A stretch of DNA of 64,000 nucleotides from Akkermansiaceae bacterium (lineage in GTDB: Bacteria; Verrucomicrobiota; Verrucomicrobiia; Verrucomicrobiales; Akkermansiaceae), in assembly GCA_051251915.1 (NCBI GenBank), contig JBPOGF010000011.1, forward strand, positions 32,001 through 96,000, read 5' to 3'. The translations under genes were made by a program, and so were the position numbers. Below are positions 40,687 through 49,461 of this stretch, piece after piece. Every line of letters starts with the position of its first letter. Positions within the stretch are counted from its first letter, which is position 1. The notes beneath the pieces were generated by a model. It made no database searches, was not told where the DNA came from, and worked only from the letters and a program-made list of their open reading frames with translations.

Positions 40687-43600
40687 ATGCTAAAGTGGAC
40701 ATTACAAAAAATCGTAGGTAACAAAAATGAGCGTGAAATTAAGAAGCGCATTATGCCAGTTGCAGCCGAAATCAATAAGATAGAAGAGGCTCTCCAACAA
40801 GAATCAACTGAAGACGTCTTGGCTCGAACGACCAAATGGCAAAAACACCTCCACCGCTACCTACCGCTTGATACCCCCACCAGAAGACACATCGAGTCCA
40901 TGGAGCCAGAGCAGCTTTCCGCACTCGCAGAAGTCATCGAGCAAAGACTCGCTGACCTTCGCGATGAATACCCATCACTCCCAACCGTCACAGCTAGCCC
41001 AGAGTCCATTGAAGCAGGCAAAGAAGCATTCAACAACATCGAAGAAGATTTCTCAGACAAACGCGCTGCCTACCTTGATAAAATTCTCCCAGAAGCATAC
41101 GCTGTAGTCAAAAACGCAGCGCGCCGCATGTGCGGAACCAAACTCGTTCTCGGCGATCAAGAAACCGAATGGAACATGGTGCATTTCGACGTCCAGTTAG
41201 TAGGAGGCATAGCCCTTCACCGTGGAATGATTGCAGAAATGATGACAGGTGAAGGTAAGACCCTCGTTGGCACACTCCCCGTCTATCTCAACGCCCTCAC
41301 TGGACTCGGCGTGCACGTAGTCACAGTGAACGACTACCTTTCGATGCGTGACTCCCAGTGGATGGGAACACTCTACAACTACCTCGGCCTCACAGTCGGT
41401 TGTATCCAAAACATGCAACCACCACATATCCGCCGTGAACAATACCTCACCGACATCACCTACGGCACCAACTCAGAGTTCGGCTTCGATTACCTCCGTG
41501 ACAACGGCATGTCATCCTCCAAAGATGAGCAAGTCCAACGTGGACATTATTTCTCCATCATTGATGAAGTTGACTCAGTTCTTATCGATGAAGCCAGAAC
41601 ACCACTCATCATCTCAGGCCCATCTACCGTCTCCAATACCGCTCAATACATGGATTACCGCGGTATCATCGAGAACCTCGTGAAGAAGCAAAATACACTC
41701 TGCACCGAACTCGCTGACGAAGCCAACAAAGCACTCGAAGCCGGTGACGAAGAGCACGCAGGTCGCTGCCTATTCAAAATCAAACTTGGCCAACCACGTA
41801 ACCGCCAATTGATGAAGCACATGCAGGATCCTGAATCCCGCCGCCTCATCGACAAGACCGAACTCTCCTTCTATCAAGACGCACAGAAAAAAGAACTCTA
41901 CGCCGTCAAAGAAGAGCTCTACTACACCATCGACGAAAAAGCACACGATGCCGACCTCATGGAAATGGGCCGCAAGCTCCTCGCTCCTGACGATGATGAA
42001 GCATTCACACTTCCTGACCTCGCTACAGAATACGCTGAGATCGATGCTAACCATGACCTATCAGATGATCAGAAAGCAGCAGAAAAAGAGGAAATCAATG
42101 TCCGCTTAGACAAACAAGGTGATAAAGTTCACTCCATCTCTCAGCTCCTCAAAGCATACTGTATCTATGAGAAAGACGTCGAATACGTAGTTGAAGACAA
42201 TAAAGTCAAAATCGTTGACGAGCAAACTGGACGTAAAATGGAAGGTCGCCGTTGGTCAGACGGTCTCCACCAAGCAGTTGAAGCCAAAGAAGGCGTAACC
42301 GTCGAACGTGAGACTCAGACATACGCCACCATCACCATCCAGAACTACTTCCGCCTCTATGAGAAACTCGGCGGAATGACTGGAACAGCAGAAACTGAAG
42401 CTGCGGAATTCCACGACATCTACGGCCTAGACGTCCTCCCCATCCCTACAAATCAGCCTAACCAGCGCGAGGATCTCAATGACCAAGTCTTCAAGACTCG
42501 CCGTGAGAAATACAATGCCGTTGTCAACAAGATCGCTGAATGCCAGAAGAAAGGTCAGCCAGTCCTCGTAGGAACCGCATCAGTCGACGCCTCAGAGACA
42601 CTCTCTAGAATGCTCCAACGCGCTAAGATCACTCACTCAGTGCTCAACGCTAAATTCCACGAACAAGAAGCGGACATCGTCGCACGCGCCGGTAAGCTAG
42701 GAGCCGTCACAGTTTCTACTAACATGGCCGGCCGTGGAACTGATATCAAACTCGCAGAAGGCGTGGAAGAAGCAGGCGGCCTCATGGTCATAGGCTGCGA
42801 ACGCTACCAATCTCGTCGAGTCGATCGCCAGCTTCGTGGACGTTGTGCCCGTCAAGGAGACAAAGGCATGAGCCAGTTCTACATCTCATTCGAAGATGAC
42901 CTCATGAGAAACTTCGCCGCCGCAGAGCGCATGACTCGAATGATGGAAAGATTCGGAATGGAAGACGGAGAAGCACTCGAGCACAAGTGGCTAAACCGCT
43001 CCATCGAAACAGCCCAGAAACGCGTTGAACAGCGCGACTACACCTGGCGTAAACGCGTTCTAGACTTCGATGACGTCATGAACATGCAGCGTGAAGTAGT
43101 CTACGGCTACAGAAACGAAGTCCTCTCCACAGAAGACCCTCGCGAACTCATCGACGAGATCATTGACGAAATCATCCCAGATCGCGTGCATGACTTCATC
43201 GAGAACAGAGACGCCGGATCACCAGACTACGCGGAACTCCTCAACTGGGTAAATACCACCTTCCCACTAGGCCTCACCATTGAGACATCTGGATTCCAAG
43301 AAAGAGATGCAGACGCAAATAGCGAATGGATCATCGACGAAGTCAAGAAAGCCTACAAGCTCAAAACCGAGCACGAAGCCCCTGAACTACTAGATCACCT
43401 AGAACGCCACATTATCCTCACCGGAATTGATAAACTTTGGCAAGAACACCTCTACAACATGGACGCGCTCCGTGAAGGCATCAGTCTCCGCGCACAAGGC
43501 CAGAAAGATCCACTCGTAGAATACAAAGTTGAAGCTTACTCACTTTTCCAAACTCTAATGGACAGCATCAAAGCGGAATCACTCAACAACCTATTCCGCT

Positions 43601-43821
43601 CAACCACTAGCTTAGACCACTTCGAGCAGTTCCTCCAGAGCATGCCAGCTAACTACAGCGACCATGAAACTGAAGAAGCCCCGATCACTGACCAGAACAT
43701 CGGCCAAGCAGTTGCAACTTCCGGCGGCATCCCGCTCAAGAACAACAAAAAATTCAAGCTAGATCTACCGAAACGCAAACCAATCCAGCTACCTAAAGGC
43801 TCCGGCAAAAGCAATTCCTAA
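40687..43821 (+). CDS. secA: preprotein translocase ATPase SecA
   Basis: AEMMTGEGKTL, DEVDSVLIDEARTPLIISG, TNMAGRGTDI, QLRGRCARQGD; ATG at 40687. Confidence 0.98.
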   Translation: MLKWTLQKIVGNKNEREIKKRIMPVAAEINKIEEALQQESTEDVLARTTKWQKHLHRYLPLDTPTRRHIESMEPEQLSALAEVIEQRLADLRDEYPSLPTVTASPESIEAGKEAFNNIEEDFSDKRAAYLDKILPEAYAVVKNAARRMCGTKLVLGDQETEWNMVHFDVQLVGGIALHRGMIAEMMTGEGKTLVGTLPVYLNALTGLGVHVVTVNDYLSMRDSQWMGTLYNYLGLTVGCIQNMQPPHIRREQYLTDITYGTNSEFGFDYLRDNGMSSSKDEQVQRGHYFSIIDEVDSVLIDEARTPLIISGPSTVSNTAQYMDYRGIIENLVKKQNTLCTELADEANKALEAGDEEHAGRCLFKIKLGQPRNRQLMKHMQDPESRRLIDKTELSFYQDAQKKELYAVKEELYYTIDEKAHDADLMEMGRKLLAPDDDEAFTLPDLATEYAEIDANHDLSDDQKAAEKEEINVRLDKQGDKVHSISQLLKAYCIYEKDVEYVVEDNKVKIVDEQTGRKMEGRRWSDGLHQAVEAKEGVTVERETQTYATITIQNYFRLYEKLGGMTGTAETEAAEFHDIYGLDVLPIPTNQPNQREDLNDQVFKTRREKYNAVVNKIAECQKKGQPVLVGTASVDASETLSRMLQRAKITHSVLNAKFHEQEADIVARAGKLGAVTVSTNMAGRGTDIKLAEGVEEAGGLMVIGCERYQSRRVDRQLRGRCARQGDKGMSQFYISFEDDLMRNFAAAERMTRMMERFGMEDGEALEHKWLNRSIETAQKRVEQRDYTWRKRVLDFDDVMNMQREVVYGYRNEVLSTEDPRELIDEIIDEIIPDRVHDFIENRDAGSPDYAELLNWVNTTFPLGLTIETSGFQERDADANSEWIIDEVKKAYKLKTEHEAPELLDHLERHIILTGIDKLWQEHLYNMDALREGISLRAQGQKDPLVEYKVEAYSLFQTLMDSIKAESLNNLFRSTTSLDHFEQFLQSMPANYSDHETEEAPITDQNIGQAVATSGGIPLKNNKKFKLDLPKRKPIQLPKGSGKSNS

Positions 43822-43846
43822 GATAGCTACTAAAACAATCTAATCC

Positions 43847-43882
43847 AAACCTGCGCGAGATATCCTTGCGCAGGTTTTTTTT
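43847..43882 (+). terminator. intrinsic terminator after secA
   Basis: CCTGCGCGAG-ATATC-CTTGCGCAGG followed by T8. Confidence 0.85.
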
Positions 43883-43901
43883 ATCCCCTAAAACTCACCT
43901 C

Positions 43902-44897
43902 ATGCTAGAAAATACACTCAACCAGTACTTAGAAAAAACCGAAGCTGGCGGCATTCTATGCGCGATCAATATTGACGGCGTAATTCAGACATTTTCAGCA
44001 GGAGACATTCCCAGTAATGACCACCAACGCCCCTTCTACATCTACTCAATCTCCAAAACATTCACCGCAGTAGCCATGATGCGACTCTGTGAAAAACTCG
44101 GCTGCTTCCTTGACCAATCAGTCCTCGGAATCTTACCCCACTACCAGATTCCCAAGGAAATCACCACCCGCCAATTACTAAACCACACCAGCGGACTATC
44201 AGATTACTTCAGCCAAAAGGAATACCAAGAAGCAGTACACAGCACTCCAGAAAACCCATGGAGCTATAAGAAACTCATGGCAGTCGGCCTCCGTGACACC
44301 CCGCTATTCCCAGCAGGTGAAAGCTGGAGCTACTCCAACCCAGGCTACGGAATGCTAAAGGAAATCATCTCTATCAAATCAGGCATGAGCTATGAAGAAT
44401 ATATTGATCTCAACATCATCAAACCGCTCGGATTGAAATCGACCAGAGCATTCACAACTCTCGACACAGAACACCAATTACTACCAGGAATCGACCCCAA
44501 CATGTCAGAAGACTTCCGTGATCGATATGACCCAGGCTGGATCGCAACCGGCTGCTTCATATCCACCGTCGAAGAGATCACCAAATTCTACCACGCCCTC
44601 TTCACAGAAAAACTTACCTCCAGTGACTCACTAAACCAAATGACCCAGCTCGTAGAGCTAAATTTCCCCCTACCTGAACCCAAAAAAGCAGCCTACGGAC
44701 TAGGCCTAATGAGCGCAAACAACGACCCACAAGGAAGAAACTACGGACACGGTGGCGGAGGCCCCGGCTACACAACCTACGCAAGACATTACCCAAATCA
44801 CCAATCCAAACAAATCTCCATAGCCCTCGTCATAAACGCCACCCTCTCAATGACCCCATTCGATCTGACTGATGAGATATTTGCCAAACTAGCATAG
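43902..44897 (+). CDS. serine hydrolase (beta-lactamase/PBP-like family)
   Basis: SISK (SxxK), LLNHTSG, YSN, GHGGGGPG; ATG at 43902 after the terminator. Confidence 0.9.
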   Translation: MLENTLNQYLEKTEAGGILCAINIDGVIQTFSAGDIPSNDHQRPFYIYSISKTFTAVAMMRLCEKLGCFLDQSVLGILPHYQIPKEITTRQLLNHTSGLSDYFSQKEYQEAVHSTPENPWSYKKLMAVGLRDTPLFPAGESWSYSNPGYGMLKEIISIKSGMSYEEYIDLNIIKPLGLKSTRAFTTLDTEHQLLPGIDPNMSEDFRDRYDPGWIATGCFISTVEEITKFYHALFTEKLTSSDSLNQMTQLVELNFPLPEPKKAAYGLGLMSANNDPQGRNYGHGGGGPGYTTYARHYPNHQSKQISIALVINATLSMTPFDLTDEIFAKLA

Positions 44898-44908
44898 CTG
44901 ATAAAATG

Positions 44909-44943
44909 AAAAAATCCCGCAGCACCAGAAGCGCTGCGGGATT
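44909..44943 (-). terminator. intrinsic terminator of PVC cytochrome copy A
   Basis: AATCCCGCAGC-N9-GCTGCGGGATT preceded by an A run. Confidence 0.8.
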
Positions 44944-44977
44944 GATAATGATTTTATAATTTGTAGAATGAAGAATA

Positions 44978-47900
44978 CTACTTCATAGGATGTGCTTTAA
45001 GCAAATCAGCAGCCTGGTATGGACCTTTCTTGTTCTGCTCGTCAGTAGCCTTCTGGATTGTATCAACTTGCTTTTTGCCAATAAAATCACCAGTTTTATT
45101 AGACCAAGCATTCCTCACATAAGTAAGAATATCCGCTAGCTCTCTATTAGGAACACGTCCGTCAAATCCAGCCATAGCGCTGTTGTACTTTTTGCCTTTG
45201 ACTTCAATCTCACCCATGATGCCGTGAAGCGCGATCTTAGTAAGAAGCACTTTATCGCCAGTCACCCACTTACTTCCATCAAGAGGAGGAATACCAGCCT
45301 GCGCATTACCTTCACCCTTAACTCCGTGACAGATAACACAGCTTTCAGCGTGATGATAAGCAACTTCACCTTTTTGGTAAGACTTCTGCACACTGGTGTC
45401 TGCCTTTTTCAAGTGACGTGGCAACTTGACCACATTCTTTTTAATGATCAGTGTCTCGTCATTTAAATGAGATTTACCAAACTTAGCTGCGTCTTCAGAC
45501 CAAGCATTCACTGGTGTTTTCTCAAATTCAGCAATGATCGCAAGACCGTCCTCTTTGCCCATCCATGAAGCAGCTACTACCGCTTCATGTCTGACCTGAG
45601 CATTCGGGTCTCCTGCTGACTTCTTAAGAAGCTCCACTGCATTTTCTAGCTTATCTGCATTGAAACGCACCGCTCTAGTAGCCGCCGCTCTTGCGCGTGG
45701 CTCTTTGTCAGTTAAACACGCATTGAGAATATCAGAGTCAATCTTATCGATCCCCCAAGAAACCCACATTGCCTCAGTAAGATGATGTGAATACCTTGGA
45801 TCACTCTTATCTAATCCAGCCACCCACTTAGTGAGAGCCGCTGCAACTTCACCAGCATCTCTACCACGTAGCTCTCTACGCACACGGTAGCGAGTACGGA
45901 TCTCAGGAACTTTAAGATTTTCGAGCAATTCATCAATCCCTGCTCCATCCACCTTCACAATAGGAACTAACGGACGTGATGGATACGTGATGCGATAAAT
46001 TCTACCATGAACATGGTCACGCTTAGGGTCACGAGCATTGTGCTGCATGTGTCCGATAAGAACATTACTCCAGTCAATCACATAAAGTGAACCATCTGGT
46101 GCAAATTCAAGATCCACAGGGCGGAAATAAGGATCCGATGACTGAAACAGCTTCTGACGAAATTCTGTCTTGTAGCCATTTTCACCATCCGGAGTCACCT
46201 TATGCTGCATCGCTCCCAGGAAACCGATATTGTTACAAATAAGCGCATCACCTTGCACATCATCTGGGAAATGTCTTGATGAAACAAACTCTAAACCAGA
46301 AGTTGGCCTTACTTTGTTACTCGTAAGAAGATCTGGTGCAGTAAGATTCACATTGTACCGTGACTTCACTGCTGACTGTTGCATCCATGAAAGCTTCGTT
46401 CCTGATGTATGAAGGAAGAAATTCTGCCCCCAATCATTGAATGCAATTCCCCATGGGTTAGGGATGCTGTATTGAGCTGCTCTTTCAAGCCTACCCTTAG
46501 CTGGATTATAACGATAGAATCCACCATTTGTTCCTCTAACAGGCCCATACGGTGTCTCTACATTTGAATGAAGAAATACTCCTTCACCCATATAAAACGC
46601 GCCTGATGGATCAGCACAGAAGCTAGAAATAGCATGGTGCGTATCGTGATCATCAAAGCCACTGAGAACTACTTCTCTAGTATCCGCCTTGTCATCACCA
46701 TCTGTATCCTTGAAAAGAACGAGATCATTCTGAAGAGAAACAAACACACCGTGCTCAGTGATTTCAAATCCCATAGGAGTTACAATGTGATCAACAAAAA
46801 CCGTTTGCTTATCCGCAACACCATCATTGTCAGTATCTTCAAAGATAATAATCTTATCATTTGGCAACGGATCACCAATTCTATACTGAGGATAACTAGG
46901 CATACAGCTCACCCAGAGGCGGCCTTTATTATCAAATGCCATTTGTGACGGGTTCGCCAAGTCTGGGAACATTTTCTCATCTGCAAAGAGCTTCATCTCG
47001 TAACCCTCTGGAAGCGTCAGCTTAGATTCCATTTCCTTACCTGTAGCATACTTCACCGGTCTATTTGAGTTAGACTCTACTGGCTTCAACTTAATCGTCT
47101 TAGCATCAGCGGCGGCCATGTCGAAAGCTTCCCCCTTGTTTACAGCCCAGAGAGCCTTATCTCTGATTTCAGTCATCTGACGAATCTTAGTGAGCTCATC
47201 AGGATAGTTGACATTACCAAAAGGCTTGTACCTTCTACCGTGAACGTGAACACCATTTGGAATCTTGTAATCAAGAAGCCAAACTCTATTCTTCTCAGCC
47301 ACAGCTGCCTGGACTTTCACCTTTTGAGCATCGTCAGCCTTTACCTCTTTTTTACCAAAAAGAAGGTTAGCTAGCATTGGAGCCAGCTTCTCATAACCAG
47401 CCTCATTAAGGTTGTGACCATTTGAAGTCAGATCTTCCTCAGTTGAATTATAGAACCCCTTCGTCGCAGAAAACGCGTCTACAAAAAGAACCCCTTCTTC
47501 CTTACATACATCAGACATTGCCTTAGAGTATGCTTCTAGATTCTTATTCGTTTCTTCACCATTCGGCAGATCACGCTTTGCAGACAAATCTTCAAATGCA
47601 GCAGGAGAAACAATGGCTAGCTGAGGTGCAGCACCAGAGTATTTCTGACTCAAAGTGTATTTAATAAACGCTCTTAGTTCAGCTTTATAACCCTCAAGTC
47701 GCTCTAAACCATCAAATGACTCACTGTAGCCAAAAAAACCAATCACAGTATCAATCTCGTGACGAGTCAACCACTCATCAGGAGTCTCATAGTGACCCTT
47801 TCCTCCACCCGCTTGATATTCTCTCTTAACCAATTCTTTGCCACCAGGAATCACCCAGTGAGATTTTCTAGATGGATGAGGCCGGAATGCCGGTGTATCT

Positions 47901-49093
47901 CCCTCCTTACCCCAGTTTCTGATGTAGAGATCATTCTCAGGGTAACGAAGTTGAAGTTCAGTCTCAAACTCGCTAAAAAGATTCATCCGTGAAGCGAGAC
48001 CACCACCAATAAATCCAATACGACTATTTTTACCAATATTCAGACTTGTCGGAACCTCAGGCCCCATAGTCTTCATCACTTCAGCCTCTTTCTTAAGAAC
48101 AAAATCCGATGGAGTGTGTTTTTTCTTAAACCCCTTAAAACCATAGAAACTAGGCTTATACTCACCGTCAATAGTCACATCCGCTTTCGCAGGAACCTTC
48201 ATATCAAGTCCCCAGTAAACTCCATTAACTACAAGACGACGAAGATCTTCATCCTCCAGATCAGTAGCCGCACCCATTGTAGTAGTGAGAACCTTATTCA
48301 CCTTACCAGACTCCTGCTTATATTCGCGAGTCCATGCCACCGGTTGCATCGGATCATTCTTACCTTCTACGTCAGCAGAATCAGGTTCAAATGACTCAGT
48401 CACTGCCCCACGTAACAAAATAGTAGCCGGCTTCATTGGATCTGCTCCATAAACATCAGATGTGCAGAAGATCTCACCTACTCCGTTAAGAATAGCATTC
48501 TCCTCAGCACCCTTCTCAATGTGTGTACGAGTAGCTTCTTTCTTGTGCTTACCATGGTGGCTCACCCAAGTTTCACCCAGAACTTGTCTACCAAAACCTT
48601 TGTCCCAGCCAGTTTCTGATTTAGCATTAAATGAATATTTTGCCCACTTACTACCCGCGCCTACTTTGAATGCATGTGTAGAAGTTCTCAGTGCTACCAT
48701 TGGCACACCACGCTCGAACGCTGCATTGAATTTCTCAAAAGCCTCATCACCCCAGTTCCTGAAACGGATACACATAACAATCGCATCCGCTGAATCCAAA
48801 GCTACAGGGTTCGATAAACTCTTTTGGTTCGCAGGATCAACAAATTTATTGTCCTTATCCATCGAGAATAAGACCGTGCACTTGAACCCTTGCTCCGAAA
48901 GCAACTGAGCCATCATTGGCATAGATTCCTCTGACCTATACTCCTCATCACCAGCTAATAGCACCACGTGTTTTCCGTTAGACTCCCCCGTTGCTTCAAA
49001 GACCAAATGGTCTTGCTGCGCTTGGGAAAGAGCCATACCACAGGCGTAGACGCCAAGGGTGCACATTCCTATTTTTATTTCTCTTAGTTTCAT
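44978..49093 (-). CDS. PVC-type heme-binding CxxCH protein copy A (ThuA-like + SGNH-like + dehydrogenase-like beta-propeller + HEAT repeats + cytochrome c)
   Basis: LAGDEEYRSEES, FRPVDLEFAPDGSLYVIDW, HGRIYRI, CVICH, distal Met (NSAM), TYVRNAWSN; start at 49093 by comparison with copy B. Confidence 0.88.
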   Translation of the reverse strand: MKLREIKIGMCTLGVYACGMALSQAQQDHLVFEATGESNGKHVVLLAGDEEYRSEESMPMMAQLLSEQGFKCTVLFSMDKDNKFVDPANQKSLSNPVALDSADAIVMCIRFRNWGDEAFEKFNAAFERGVPMVALRTSTHAFKVGAGSKWAKYSFNAKSETGWDKGFGRQVLGETWVSHHGKHKKEATRTHIEKGAEENAILNGVGEIFCTSDVYGADPMKPATILLRGAVTESFEPDSADVEGKNDPMQPVAWTREYKQESGKVNKVLTTTMGAATDLEDEDLRRLVVNGVYWGLDMKVPAKADVTIDGEYKPSFYGFKGFKKKHTPSDFVLKKEAEVMKTMGPEVPTSLNIGKNSRIGFIGGGLASRMNLFSEFETELQLRYPENDLYIRNWGKEGDTPAFRPHPSRKSHWVIPGGKELVKREYQAGGGKGHYETPDEWLTRHEIDTVIGFFGYSESFDGLERLEGYKAELRAFIKYTLSQKYSGAAPQLAIVSPAAFEDLSAKRDLPNGEETNKNLEAYSKAMSDVCKEEGVLFVDAFSATKGFYNSTEEDLTSNGHNLNEAGYEKLAPMLANLLFGKKEVKADDAQKVKVQAAVAEKNRVWLLDYKIPNGVHVHGRRYKPFGNVNYPDELTKIRQMTEIRDKALWAVNKGEAFDMAAADAKTIKLKPVESNSNRPVKYATGKEMESKLTLPEGYEMKLFADEKMFPDLANPSQMAFDNKGRLWVSCMPSYPQYRIGDPLPNDKIIIFEDTDNDGVADKQTVFVDHIVTPMGFEITEHGVFVSLQNDLVLFKDTDGDDKADTREVVLSGFDDHDTHHAISSFCADPSGAFYMGEGVFLHSNVETPYGPVRGTNGGFYRYNPAKGRLERAAQYSIPNPWGIAFNDWGQNFFLHTSGTKLSWMQQSAVKSRYNVNLTAPDLLTSNKVRPTSGLEFVSSRHFPDDVQGDALICNNIGFLGAMQHKVTPDGENGYKTEFRQKLFQSSDPYFRPVDLEFAPDGSLYVIDWSNVLIGHMQHNARDPKRDHVHGRIYRITYPSRPLVPIVKVDGAGIDELLENLKVPEIRTRYRVRRELRGRDAGEVAAALTKWVAGLDKSDPRYSHHLTEAMWVSWGIDKIDSDILNACLTDKEPRARAAATRAVRFNADKLENAVELLKKSAGDPNAQVRHEAVVAASWMGKEDGLAIIAEFEKTPVNAWSEDAAKFGKSHLNDETLIIKKNVVKLPRHLKKADTSVQKSYQKGEVAYHHAESCVICHGVKGEGNAQAGIPPLDGSKWVTGDKVLLTKIALHGIMGEIEVKGKKYNSAMAGFDGRVPNRELADILTYVRNAWSNKTGDFIGKKQVDTIQKATDEQNKKGPYQAADLLKAHPMK

Positions 49094-49170
49094 AAATTTA
49101 TATTCACTTTTCAGCATTAAGCTAAACCCTCTCTTCTTTAATAAGTAAGAGGATCATTCACTGTTTTGAA

Positions 49171-49199
49171 AAGATGGCAGGACTTTACCGAATTGTCAT
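49171..49199 (-). promoter_or_regulatory. putative sigma70-type promoter of copy A
   Basis: ATGACA-N17-CATCTT with extended -10 TG; conserved in copy B. Confidence 0.6.
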
Positions 49200-49390
49200 G
49201 TATAAAAGTCAACAAGACAGAGTTCATATCTACATATTTTTAAGGATACAAATATTCAAATTTTTAGCTGATAATAAACTTTTTCTCCAATCCTCAATGA
49301 CGCGGTTTTTTATCGCTTTAAAAATATTCAAAACCCAAAAACCATTGAGAGACAGTAATAATCCAATAGGCTCAATTATGCGCACCAATG

Positions 49391-49422
49391 AAAATCCCGC
49401 AGTGTAAAAAACACAGCGGGAT
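49391..49422 (-). terminator. intrinsic terminator of PVC cytochrome copy B
   Basis: ATCCCGC-A-GTGT-AAAAA-ACAC-A-GCGGGAT, homologous to 44909-44943. Confidence 0.7.
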
Positions 49423-49461
49423 GAATAGGATTTCAGGATCGATTATATGAGCTCACATAAA

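Noticed and set aside
40830..41080. About 70-aa N-terminal insertion in SecA (possible intein)
   Set aside because: No intein splice motifs; helical insertions at this site occur in other SecA lineages
43902..44897. Possible beta-lactam resistance gene
   Set aside because: SxxK/YxN/HxG motifs are shared by many esterases and peptidases; no class-specific evidence
49174..49407. 77-aa ORF between the duplicated genes
   Set aside because: It overlaps the inferred promoter and terminator, is AT-rich and has no recognisable motifs
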